Shown: positions 8,009-17,149, counted from the first letter of the stretch. The stretch is 64,000 bases of DNA from a candidate division TA06 bacterium B3_TA06 (GCA_005223075.1 NJBO01000003.1:81555-145554); one strand, 5' to 3'. The notes: generated by a model not told the origin, from the sequence alone. Made by a program: numbers and translations.

Positions 8009-9277
8009 GTGATGATGAAGAAGGAAACCGGTTTCTACGGCGACGTTCTTGAGGGGCTCCATAATGCCGCGGATTTGATGAAGCTAGACTGTGAGGTTCT
8101 CAAAATCCTTACCAAGACTACCAACGAGATTACCGTCAACTTCCCGGTAAAGATGTCAAACGGTCTGGTGGAGATGTTCACTGGCTATCGTGTGCAGCAC
8201 AACAACGTGATGGGTCCCTACTCGGGCGGACTTCGCTTTCATCCCTGGGTTGATCTGGGAGAGATGCGCGCGCTTGCTACTGTGATGACGTGTAAGGCGG
8301 CTATCGCCGGTATCCCATTCGGCGGGGCTGCAGGCGGGATCCAGTTCAACCCCTCTGACTACAACTCCTCTGATGTGGAACGAATCACCCGCCGCTTTAC
8401 CTACTCACTTGGCTCGAACATCGGAGCGGAGTACGACATACTCACCTCGGACGTGAACACAAACCCCCAAACTATGGCCTGGATACTGGATACCTACCTC
8501 TCTACCATGCCTCCGGAAAAAAGGCAGGCCAAAACACACGTGGTCACCGGCAAACCCATCCACCTGGGCGGCAGCGTCGGACACGACAAAGCAGCGGGCC
8601 AGGGGCTTGTCTTTGCCATCGAGGAATGGGCAGCTGGTCACCGTTTCGATCTTGAGGGTGCTGCCTACACGGTTCAAGGATTCGGAAGTGTAGGTGTTTG
8701 GACCTCCATCTTGCTCAATCAAAAAGGAGCAAAACTCGTTGCCGTTGAGGATACCTCTGGGCCCATCCTTAACCCGGATGGAATTGATCCTGAAGACCTT
8801 TTCGCCTACGACAAGGAGAACGGACGCATAGCAGGCTACCCCAATGCAAAACCGATAGATCACGAGGCCTTCCTTGCTACAAAAGCCGATATATTCATCC
8901 CAGCCGCGTTGGAGTATCAGATCACCGCCCAGACCGCACCCAAGCTCAACGTCAAGTTGGTGGTCGAGGGAGCCGACTGCCCCTGCGATCGAGATGGCTC
9001 AAAGATCTTGAAGGAGAGGGGAATTGAGGTGCTCCCAGACATCCTGTGCAACTCCGGCGGCGTGATCGTGAGCTACTTCGAGTGGCTGCAGAACAAACGA
9101 AGCGAGCTGTGGGAACTTGAAGAGGTAGACCGCAAACTGCAGAACAAGATGAAGGACGCTTACCACCGGGTGCGCGACCGAGCAGCGGAGTTCAATACCG
9201 ACTGGTGCACCGCCGCACGCATCGAGGCACTTACCAGACTGGAGAGAATCTACAAGAGACGAGGTATCTTCCCGTAA
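8009..9277 (+). CDS. glutamate dehydrogenase-family paralog with substitutions at two conserved lysines (possible pseudo-enzyme or altered specificity)
   Basis: It aligns with the upstream GDH along its whole length. It has PYSGGLRFHP (K to S) and IPFGGAAGGI (catalytic K to A). The true start is probably the ATG at 8012 or 8015, after AAGGAG. Confidence 0.85.
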   Translation: MMMKKETGFYGDVLEGLHNAADLMKLDCEVLKILTKTTNEITVNFPVKMSNGLVEMFTGYRVQHNNVMGPYSGGLRFHPWVDLGEMRALATVMTCKAAIAGIPFGGAAGGIQFNPSDYNSSDVERITRRFTYSLGSNIGAEYDILTSDVNTNPQTMAWILDTYLSTMPPEKRQAKTHVVTGKPIHLGGSVGHDKAAGQGLVFAIEEWAAGHRFDLEGAAYTVQGFGSVGVWTSILLNQKGAKLVAVEDTSGPILNPDGIDPEDLFAYDKENGRIAGYPNAKPIDHEAFLATKADIFIPAALEYQITAQTAPKLNVKLVVEGADCPCDRDGSKILKERGIEVLPDILCNSGGVIVSYFEWLQNKRSELWELEEVDRKLQNKMKDAYHRVRDRAAEFNTDWCTAARIEALTRLERIYKRRGIFP

Positions 9278-9305
9278 CCCGTAACACCGTAACCCGTAAC
9301 ACGGG
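9271..9305. repeat. (CCCGTAAC)n repeat overlapping the gdh paralog stop codon
   Basis: The sequence is cccgtaacccgtaacaccgtaacccgtaacacggg. The TAA stop at 9275-9277 lies inside a repeat unit. Confidence 0.7.
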
Positions 9306-9310
9306 CATAA

Positions 9311-9360
9311 ATTTCCCCTAGAAGGGGTTCAGCTCAAACCAGGTCGGGGCCTGAGCCCCG
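9311..9360 (+). terminator. two GC hairpins (TTTCCCCTAGAAGGGG and CGGGGCCTGAGCCCCG) downstream of gdh operon; candidate terminator / palindromic element
   Basis: The stem-loops are visible directly. The first motif recurs at 61317-61340. Confidence 0.35.
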
Positions 9361-9448
9361 GCCTTTCTCTACACGTAGGTCTTTGTGAATAATACCGAGC
9401 GGATGAGCCTCAGAGGGTCGGGTGTCTGCCCTCAGACCGGGATTTATA

Positions 9449-10288
9449 TCACCGGAGGACGTAGCGCTGAGAACAAACAACCGCCTGGGAACCGAACACG
9501 CCCCAAGCACCTTCGATGTGCATGTAGTCTTCCACGCGGATGCCAGGGTCCCCGCGATCTTCTCCATAATACCGGTAGTCATAAGCGTTGGTGTCCAGAG
9601 CCGATACCCAGAACCAAAGGGAGTCGCCCCACAAATCAAGTTCCTCCAGAGGTATCGAGTAACTATCACCGGGCAACAACTCCGGATAGGTGAAAGCGGA
9701 ATCTATGTAGACTGTATCTGCGTCCTCATCCTCCCACGAGGCCCAGACAAATGCCTTCACCAGATAACCTGCGGCATCGCTGGACTTGCTCCACGCCAGG
9801 GTATCGGTAGTGGATATGGTGTCGGTCTGAAATCCCGTTATCTCGAAGCTTCCAGGAATAGTGGTCTGAGCCTCGATCTCCTCCCCCGAAGGATAGGTAA
9901 CCTCAAGCTCCCAGGTTTGGCCGGCCAAAAGCTGGATGGAATCTGAATAGTAGTATCCCACAGAGTCTTCGTTTTCGGCAAGAGCAAAACTCTGCTCGCC
10001 CTGTTTGAGGCTGACCTCTGCCCCGCTGACCCCGCTCCAGGGGAAAACTATCTCCAGCCAGACTTCAAACGTATCGTCATACCAGAAGGTATCCATGATG
10101 GTATCCGGCACCAGCGCCAGGGTATCGCCTACTGAAGTGGTTTTTCCAACCATGATGCACGCAAACGAGGAGTCGGTAGTGAGTACAGCATAGATATTAG
10201 GTTCACCTTCGTAGGTTTCCGGAGTGGTGTCGCAGGCGATTACGGATAAAAGAAGGATGATGGCGGGTATTATCCTGAATCTCATCAC
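9449..10288 (-). CDS. lipoprotein (DUF4249-like), partner of TonB-dependent receptor
   Basis: It has a signal peptide and lipobox (LLLSVIAC). It overlaps the stop of the upstream TonB-dependent receptor gene by 4 bp. Size and context fit DUF4249-type lipoproteins that follow SusC-like receptors. Confidence 0.5.
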   Translation of the reverse strand: MMRFRIIPAIILLLSVIACDTTPETYEGEPNIYAVLTTDSSFACIMVGKTTSVGDTLALVPDTIMDTFWYDDTFEVWLEIVFPWSGVSGAEVSLKQGEQSFALAENEDSVGYYYSDSIQLLAGQTWELEVTYPSGEEIEAQTTIPGSFEITGFQTDTISTTDTLAWSKSSDAAGYLVKAFVWASWEDEDADTVYIDSAFTYPELLPGDSYSIPLEELDLWGDSLWFWVSALDTNAYDYRYYGEDRGDPGIRVEDYMHIEGAWGVFGSQAVVCSQRYVLR

Positions 10289-12576
10289 AACCTGGCCCTT
10301 ATTCCAAAGCTGGGTATGGGGACGGGCAGCATCGGTACTGCTTCCCTTTGGGTGACTCCGTTTTCGTCAATCTCGTAGTCGTAGAAGAGTACGTTGCGCC
10401 TGGCGTAAACGTTGAGCACCTGGATGTAGAACTCGGCGTCGTAGCGCTTGAACAGCTTGAAGTGCTTGGTGAAGCCTGCGTCGAGGCGGTGATAGGGCGG
10501 ATAACGAACCTCGCCCCGTCTGCCCGAGATAGGCATCCAGTCAATCTCTCCCTCTTCATTAACATGCTGATACCAGCCTATCTGTGCTGTGAAGGGAAAA
10601 CCCGAACCGAACACCCACGCTGTGGTAAAGTTCCAGCCCTTGCCCAGAGGCAGCGCGAACGAGAAATTCACATTGTGCCGCGAGTCGTGCACCGGATAGA
10701 ACCAGTCGCTATCCTCAAAACGATACTTGGTAACCGAATAAGAGTAACCCAGCCAGGCCGAGCCGCGCTTGAGGAAAACCTCCGCACCGTATGAGTAGCC
10801 TTGCCCCATGGAGATGTCACCGGTATCTGTAGTGATCCCTTCTCCTCCAAACCAGGTGGCCTCGCGTATATTTCGTATATCCTTAAAGTAGGCCTCCACC
10901 GAAAGACTCATATCCTTACCAAAGAGGTGCTCTGTGCCCAAGGTAGCGAGTGTAGAGTGAAGCGGGGGATAGCGCTCGTCGGCCGGCATCCACTGCTGGA
11001 CGAACTGGACAGGCATCTTAAGCATCATCTCATCGCGGGGTAGGGGAACGCAAAGGTATTGATAGTAAAGCCCTGCTCCGGCCTTTATCGCCCAGGCGGC
11101 AGTGATCCGGCGCTTTATGCCTAACCGGGGAGAAACCCTCCAGTAATCTCCTTTAGAGAAGTACTCACCTCTCATGCCGGTTTCTATGACCCAGAAAGGG
11201 GTAGGTTCCCACTTATCCTGCACGTACGCAGCGGCAAGCCAGAAGGTGTCCCGCAGATCATAGAACACGGTATCCGTCTCCTCTTGAATGCTAGAGGTCT
11301 CAATAACCTTGCCCTCCAACCCGAACTCTAAAACATGTTCTGGTGCGGTGAACCAACTGAGTCCCCACTGCAGCCCCAGCTCACCGATTCCGCTGCGAAG
11401 CCTATAATAATACTCCTCACCGTTTCTCTCAACTACCTTGCTGTCAACCCGGTAACGAGTGGCATTGAATCCGAGAACGGAAAAAAGCTGAGGCGTGAAA
11501 AGGTAACGCCAGCGCAGCCCCAAAGTTCCATTCCCCCAACGGAAATCTAAATCCGTTACCCCTTCCTCCTCCTCATACCCTTCCTCTTCAGCCCCTTTCA
11601 ATGACAGCACGTCGTCGCCGAAGAAGCCGGAGACGGTGAACCGGGATCGTTCGCTGGCGTCCCAGTTCACCTTGGCCTGAAGATCGTAGAAGTGATAGGG
11701 GAGATAGATGGAGAAATCGGGATTGAATATCTTATCCAGCGTCCAGGTGATGGCATCAATGTAAGTCCTTCGTCCGGCAACAAGCCAGGAACCTTTGGCA
11801 CCCCAGGGAAGCGGCCCTTCCACGACAAGCTTGGAGGTCAAAAGCCCGATCTCTCCATAACCGGCTATCCGTTCGCTGTTGCCCGCCTTCATCTCCACGT
11901 CAAGCACCGAGGATATCGCTCCGCCGTAACGGGCCGGGTAACCGCCGGTATATAGCTCCGCCCCTTTGAGGGATTCGAGAATGAAGGTGGAAAAGAAGCC
12001 CAGCAGATGGTATGGGTTGTAGACGGTAACGCCGTCGAGCAGCACAAGGTTCTGATCCATGGTTCCCCCACGAATGTAAAGGGCAGAGGTAAAATCGGAG
12101 ACCGACACCACTCCGGGCAGCATATGTAAAGAACGAAACAGATCCTGCTCAACAAATCCCGGTATCTGCTTCAGCTCGCTGAGTTCAACGTGCCTTACCC
12201 CAACGTCGACCTCGTGCTCGAACCGCGCACGCTCCGCTGTTACCTCGACCGGTTCCATACCCAGGGGCTGGGGCTTAAGGTAGAAGTCGCGGCGCAGCCT
12301 CTTATCGGCTCTGACGTCTATCTCTAAGCGTTCCTCCCGATAACCTATCATCGAAACGATCAAGGTGTGCTTGCCCTCGGGTACACGTGAAAGCACGTAG
12401 TAGCCCTGCTTGTTGGTGGCGGTGCCCATGCTTTTATCGGCAAGATAAACGCTGACGTAGCTCAGGAACTCGCCTGACTCCGCTTCGCGCACGAACCCTG
12501 CAACCATTCCGGTCTCGGCGGCAAAAAGGAACTCCGTGAGAAAAAGCACTGCCCATATTATTCCCTTGCGCATACC
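10285..12576 (-). CDS. TonB-dependent outer-membrane receptor with N-terminal carboxypeptidase-regulatory-like domain
   Basis: It has a signal peptide (MRKGIIWAVLFLTEFLFAAE) and a CarbopepD_reg segment. A plug-like region follows (PVEVTAER...DLFRSLHMLPGV), then a long beta-barrel ending in aromatic residues. The ORF track start at 12639 is probably too far upstream. Confidence 0.75.
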   Translation of the reverse strand, partial: GMRKGIIWAVLFLTEFLFAAETGMVAGFVREAESGEFLSYVSVYLADKSMGTATNKQGYYVLSRVPEGKHTLIVSMIGYREERLEIDVRADKRLRRDFYLKPQPLGMEPVEVTAERARFEHEVDVGVRHVELSELKQIPGFVEQDLFRSLHMLPGVVSVSDFTSALYIRGGTMDQNLVLLDGVTVYNPYHLLGFFSTFILESLKGAELYTGGYPARYGGAISSVLDVEMKAGNSERIAGYGEIGLLTSKLVVEGPLPWGAKGSWLVAGRRTYIDAITWTLDKIFNPDFSIYLPYHFYDLQAKVNWDASERSRFTVSGFFGDDVLSLKGAEEEGYEEEEGVTDLDFRWGNGTLGLRWRYLFTPQLFSVLGFNATRYRVDSKVVERNGEEYYYRLRSGIGELGLQWGLSWFTAPEHVLEFGLEGKVIETSSIQEETDTVFYDLRDTFWLAAAYVQDKWEPTPFWVIETGMRGEYFSKGDYWRVSPRLGIKRRITAAWAIKAGAGLYYQYLCVPLPRDEMMLKMPVQFVQQWMPADERYPPLHSTLATLGTEHLFGKDMSLSVEAYFKDIRNIREATWFGGEGITTDTGDISMGQGYSYGAEVFLKRGSAWLGYSYSVTKYRFEDSDWFYPVHDSRHNVNFSFALPLGKGWNFTTAWVFGSGFPFTAQIGWYQHVNEEGEIDWMPISGRRGEVRYPPYHRLDAGFTKHFKLFKRYDAEFYIQVLNVYARRNVLFYDYEIDENGVTQREAVPMLPVPIPSFGIRARL

Positions 12577-13428
12577 GAACTCTATCCGTCTATTCCTGTA
12601 TGTCAAGAGGCAATACCGGACCCCCCGGCGACATGCCATCGCAGGCAGATACCGCCGGCAGGTTCGGGAACCGCTTTAACTCATCCGTATGCTGAGAGTT
12701 AATCTTAACGGTTATGATCCTGGAAGGATCGGGGGAGCTCGGAAAAGGTCTCTTCCCCTAGATCAACACCAACCACCTCATCGTTTACCCAAATCCTGGT
12801 TTCACGTTATCCCTCCTTGGATGCATACTATCTGCTTTGGCAGAGGAAGTCAAGTGGACAAATGTCTGTGCGCCAAGAGATTGTTACCAGGGTAGCGTGA
12901 TAGGGTGAGGGAAAGATGTGGAACAGCCTTACCTGCCTCTGTGCACGAGGGTGTCGCTCAATTCAAATTGCAAACTGCAAATTCTAAATTGCAAATTTGT
13001 CTGGATACAAGCGATAGAACTGTGGGCTTCGATTATGGAGAGATGAAGGGTATATGTTTGAGATTCTAATGAGTGTTGGTCCAGAGGGATAGATAAGCCT
13101 GGTTGTGGAGTATAGCTAATTACTAAGTCCAACAGTTTATAAAAACCGTCGCCGTCAATCTTGGGGTTATCCTTTAAGTTTGGGAATTGGCCATCACAGT
13201 GGACCAATTTAGCGAGTTGCAGGCCGATAAGTTCAAATAATCGGCAAGTTACCTTTGGCGGCAACCGCATTCAGACCATGCGGATAAGAATACCTCCTCA
13301 AGCAAAGGCCTTCTGTCTTCAGCACACTATCTTCTCCCTTGATGGGAAGGAGAGGTAACGAATGCTTCCTATCTTGACATCTTCGGCTGAGCCGTGTAGG
13401 ATATTCCTAATCCAACAAGGAGGAAAAG

Positions 13429-14565
13429 ATGAATAACCTTGCGTTCATAAAACGAGCAGCGCTCGTTATCCTTGCGCTGCTGATGCCCGTAACTGTTACC
13501 TGCAAGAAACAAGCCGGGAATAACAACCAAGTCGAGGAACGGTATCTCATCATCACTGAAGAAGGCGGGGACGAGAAAGAGATAGATGTCACCGGCTGGG
13601 AGCCTGGCGAAGAGTTCGTCTGGTTGAGTGGATTCGGCTACCCCTGGCAAGGTGAAGACAGCCTTGACTACCGTATCGAGGATGGTCTTCTATGGGTGAA
13701 CGGCAAGCTGGTCGGTGCGGACCTTGAAGAGGTCGCGTTCGCCGATCTGTCCAATCCTGAGGAGATAGTTAGCGTTCGCACGGATGCAGAGCATATGTTG
13801 GAGCTGAAGCGATTCCCCAATCTTACTGTAGTATTTCCTTTTGTCATAAAAGATGATGACTTGGCACACCTTAAGGGTTTCACCAACCTTAGGGCGTTGT
13901 ATCTGCTCGGGCCCCTGATCACGGACGCCGGGCTTCGCCACCTTTCAGGCCTCACCAACCTGAGGGAGTTGTATCTGTGGGAGACCGACATCACGGACGC
14001 AGGGTTTGTGCATCTCAAGGGTCTCACCAACCTGAGGGTGTTGAGTTTGTTCGAGACGGATATCACCGACGCCGGGCTTCGCCACCTTGAGGGACTCAAG
14101 AACCTGAGGGTGTTGGGTCTGCTCGGTACCGATATCACGGACGCCGGGCTTGCCCACCTTAAAGGTCTCACTAACCTGAAGGGGTTGTATCTGAACGGCA
14201 CCGATGTCACGGACGCCGGGCTTCGCCACCTTTCAGGCCTCACCAACCTGAGGGTGTTGGATCTGGGGGCCACCGACATCACGGACGCTGGGCTTACGCA
14301 CCTTAAAGGACTCACCAACCTGAGGGAGTTGAATCTGTGGTATACCGCTATCACCGACGCGGGACTTAAACACCTTAAAGGTCTCACCAACCTGAGGGAG
14401 TTGAATCTGCGGAATACCGACATCACGGACGCCGGGCTTCGCCACCTTGAGGGCCTCAAGAATCTGAGGATGTTGGATCTGTGGAGAACCAAGATCACGG
14501 ACGCCGGGGAAAAAGAGTTAAAAAAGGCGCTGCCGGAGTGTGGGATTTACCGTCATTATAGGTAA
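13429..14565 (+). CDS. secreted leucine-rich-repeat (LRR) protein
   Basis: Signal peptide present. There are about 9 tandem 24-aa repeats (LKGLTNLRxLxLxxTDITDAGLxH). Confidence 0.85.
   Translation: MNNLAFIKRAALVILALLMPVTVTCKKQAGNNNQVEERYLIITEEGGDEKEIDVTGWEPGEEFVWLSGFGYPWQGEDSLDYRIEDGLLWVNGKLVGADLEEVAFADLSNPEEIVSVRTDAEHMLELKRFPNLTVVFPFVIKDDDLAHLKGFTNLRALYLLGPLITDAGLRHLSGLTNLRELYLWETDITDAGFVHLKGLTNLRVLSLFETDITDAGLRHLEGLKNLRVLGLLGTDITDAGLAHLKGLTNLKGLYLNGTDVTDAGLRHLSGLTNLRVLDLGATDITDAGLTHLKGLTNLRELNLWYTAITDAGLKHLKGLTNLRELNLRNTDITDAGLRHLEGLKNLRMLDLWRTKITDAGEKELKKALPECGIYRHYR
13849..14497. repeat. about 9 tandem 72-bp coding repeats (LRR units)
   Basis: Near-identical 72-bp units are visible in the DNA. 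The antisense ORFs in the track are artefacts of these repeats. Confidence 0.8.
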
Positions 14566-15071
14566 GGATCGCAGAGGGAGCTAACGGCATGGACGCGGCT
14601 GCGCCGCTCATTTCAAATTTCAAAGTGCAAAATGCAAATTGAAGGTGCGCTAACGGCTAACAGCTCACCGCCGACCGCCCACGGCTGACAGCAAACGTGT
14701 ATAGGGTGTACCTTAAAGCATCCGTGGGATATTAGTTCGCTAGCGAGGCTGATACCCTATGAACGCATACAGTGCTCAAGGGATATGCTATACCTGACGG
14801 GAGCACGCTGTCCCATTAAGGGAGGAGAGTAATCTGCCTCCTCTATAAGAACCAGTCATGTAAACAGTTACACCTGTATCCAAACTCTAAACCCTCATGC
14901 ACCCCCCCTACCTCCCTATGCATCTTGCCAACCGACCCAGATTAACTTCCCTTAAAGGCATCTAACTAATATTCTCGAATCTCCCTCTACCCTCTTCTCC
15001 AGACCCCCCAATTAGTCCGCTCTCATGGTCAATTCCCTTAAGTTTTTCTATCCTTAGTTTAGCTGTATCGT

Positions 15072-15464
15072 TCATTGCGCCAGCCATTTCTCTATTGTGA
15101 CGGTGGTTCCATGACCTGGTTGGGTATTGATCTCCATATGGTCAGTAAGCCTTTTCGCACCGGGTAGTCCTTTCCCCATGGCCTTCATTGAGGACCAGCC
15201 GTCCTTTAGAGCCAGTTCCACATCATCTATTCCCGGACCATTATCGATGAAGCTTATGCGAATCCCGCTGTGAGAATCGGAGTGTTCTTCTATGTGAACT
15301 TCTCCTTCGCCTGCGTAGAGGTAGATGTTTCGGGCCAGCTCAGATACCGCGGTGCTGATCCGGGTCTGATCAACAAGCCCGAAACCTAACTTTCGAGCCA
15401 CCTCTTTTGCTGCGGCACGTGCGTGGACGATGTCAGATTCCTCTTTAATCGGAACCACTATCAT
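15072..15464 (-). CDS. rsbT: RsbT-like anti-sigma regulatory factor / serine kinase (stressosome switch kinase)
   Basis: The 130-aa protein has GHKL ATPase motifs (ELARNI, DNGPGI, GKGLPG). It is similar to B. subtilis RsbT. Confidence 0.8.
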   Translation of the reverse strand: MIVVPIKEESDIVHARAAAKEVARKLGFGLVDQTRISTAVSELARNIYLYAGEGEVHIEEHSDSHSGIRISFIDNGPGIDDVELALKDGWSSMKAMGKGLPGAKRLTDHMEINTQPGHGTTVTIEKWLAQ

Positions 15465-15882
15465 CCGCTTCCTCTTCTTCGCTTTCCTCCTCGAGACCTT
15501 GCTTCTCTGAGGCCTTCTCCTTCAGGCTCTCCTGCAGGAGTTCGTAGCCTTCGTCAAGGTTTATTGCTGTCCTTACCCCACCTAAGGAAAGCCCCAACTC
15601 CACCAATGTGATGGCAACCGCTGGCTGCATGCCCACGATCACGATCTCCGCATCAAGTGTAGAGGCCATCCTGGCTGTGTCCGCAAGGGTGCGCCCCATG
15701 AAGGAATCAACCATCTCCAAGGCTGAGATATCGATGAGTACGCCCTTGGCCTGAGTCTGGGAGATGCGCTCGAGGATATCTTGCTGAAGCTGCTGGGCTA
15801 TCCGGTCGTGCAGGTCAATCTGGATGGAGACGAGCAGGAAATCCTTCAGCTTAAGGATAGGAATAGAGGTGTTCTCTAGCAT
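15445..15882 (-). CDS. rsbS: RsbS-like STAS-domain stressosome scaffold protein with acidic C-terminal tail
   Basis: The internal start MLENTSIPILKLKDFLLVSIQ matches the RsbS N-terminus. A STAS domain follows. The tail is EEESEEEEADDSGSD. Confidence 0.8.
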   Translation of the reverse strand: MLENTSIPILKLKDFLLVSIQIDLHDRIAQQLQQDILERISQTQAKGVLIDISALEMVDSFMGRTLADTARMASTLDAEIVIVGMQPAVAITLVELGLSLGGVRTAINLDEGYELLQESLKEKASEKQGLEEESEEEEADDSGSD

Positions 15883-15884
15883 GG

Positions 15885-16535
15885 CTAGGCTTTCCGCTCT
15901 TCTACCATCCTTATGTTCAGACGCCCAAAGGCCCACTTCAAACCTTCAGCCAGGGTAGAGAGTGTCTCTACCCCTGAGAGATCCACCCCCAGATGCACCA
16001 TGGTCTGGGCGACCTCCGGTCGTATGCCGGTGATAACGCAGTCAGCACCCAGAAGCTGCACCGCGGCAATCGTTTTTAACATGTGATTGGCTACAGCCGA
16101 GTCAACCGTGGGAACGCCGGTGATGTCCAGTATGGTCACCTTGGTTTGGGTGGCCGCGATATCTGTCAAGAGGGACTCGGTGAGCCTCTGCGAGCGCCGG
16201 GTATCGAGCGTTCCGATAAGGGGCAGAACCAGCACACGCTCCCATATCTTGATGATGGGTGTTGAAAGCTCCTCAATTGCCTTGCGCTGTTGCTCGATAA
16301 GGGCGAGTTTTTCCTCAAGCTCTTCGGCCTTCTTCGTGCTCTCGCGAACCTCCTCGCCCATGTCGGAGATCACGAGATTTATCCCGGTCTCTACTGCGCT
16401 AAGGGCATCGGCCTTCTCTATATCGGTGTCGGTCTCAATCTGGACCCCGAAATCGCCGCACGCGGCCTGAGAAAGAATCTCTTCCATCCTTTCGATTCGG
16501 CTTTCCAGATCGGCTATCCCTTTCGTTTTAGCCAT
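15885..16535 (-). CDS. RsbR-like stressosome sensor protein (short coiled-coil N-domain + STAS)
   Basis: The motif STPIIKIWERVLVLPLIGTLDTRRSQ is typical of the RsbR STAS domain. The gene is adjacent to rsbS and rsbT. Confidence 0.7.
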   Translation of the reverse strand: MAKTKGIADLESRIERMEEILSQAACGDFGVQIETDTDIEKADALSAVETGINLVISDMGEEVRESTKKAEELEEKLALIEQQRKAIEELSTPIIKIWERVLVLPLIGTLDTRRSQRLTESLLTDIAATQTKVTILDITGVPTVDSAVANHMLKTIAAVQLLGADCVITGIRPEVAQTMVHLGVDLSGVETLSTLAEGLKWAFGRLNIRMVEERKA

Positions 16536-16561
16536 ACTTCACTCCTTCACAATGAGGCTAA

Positions 16562-16960
16562 TTACTTTGATTCCTTCTCTTTTCCCTTTTCGTCTTTCAG
16601 CCAGGCAAGGGCTTCTTCTTCCGTGTCGAAGAACTTGAGATCTCTCCCTCTTCCTATCGCTGTGAATACGATTTTGCCAAGCATCCGGAGTGTCGGGTTC
16701 GCTCCATGGATCGCTATCTTACCCCAGTTGACCAGGTTGATAGTTTCGCGGATTGTCTTGCGGGTCTGTTTATCGTGGAGAGTCTGAGACTCCTCGGCCA
16801 GCTCGATGAAGAAGTAGCGGTGTAGCTCGGGTTCAAAATTGTCTTTGACAAAATGGAAGAAGCCGGAGGTACCCTCCGAGTCTAATGCCTGATAGAGAAC
16901 CGCGCGCATCACCTCGTTTTCCTCGTCGAACCAGATCTTGTACTTCTCTTTCTCCTCCAT
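16562..16960 (-). CDS. SpoIIAA-like/STAS (DUF3478-type) small protein, copy 1
   Basis: The 132-aa protein ends in the pattern ...KFFDTEEEALAWLK, characteristic of the SpoIIAA-like family. A paralog lies at 18970-19362. Confidence 0.6.
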   Translation of the reverse strand: MEEKEKYKIWFDEENEVMRAVLYQALDSEGTSGFFHFVKDNFEPELHRYFFIELAEESQTLHDKQTRKTIRETINLVNWGKIAIHGANPTLRMLGKIVFTAIGRGRDLKFFDTEEEALAWLKDEKGKEKESK

Positions 16961-17121
16961 TTTTATTCTCCTTTCAGCGATTTAAAGGTTTTCTTGCGCA
17001 AGAAAAGCGAGTATCTTGCTTGCACCGAATCAGGTTTAGTCCCGATTCAGCTACGGCTAACATTATTCTGTCTTCATCTATGCCCACACTACCCATACTT
17101 GTAAGGGGGAAATCTTTGAAC

Positions 17122-17149
17122 ATATTACTGTTTTTCCTTCCCTTGTCAA
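17122..17149 (-). promoter_or_regulatory. candidate sigma-70 promoter (minus strand) for STAS-like gene copy 1
   Basis: Read on the minus strand, TTGACA is followed by a 16-nt spacer and TAATAT. This is conserved in the second copy. Confidence 0.4.

Noticed and set aside
13849-14497. Regularly spaced 72-bp repeats that could be mistaken for a CRISPR array
   Set aside because: The units are contiguous, with no unique spacers between them. They encode in-frame LRR motifs. No cas genes or leader are present.
13668-14498. Long minus-strand ORFs (276, 94, 83, 70 aa) antisense to the LRR gene
   Set aside because: They are artefacts of the 72-bp tandem repeats keeping the antisense frames open. 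They have no RBS and their translations are low-complexity. The plus-strand LRR protein has a signal peptide and a coherent repeat consensus.
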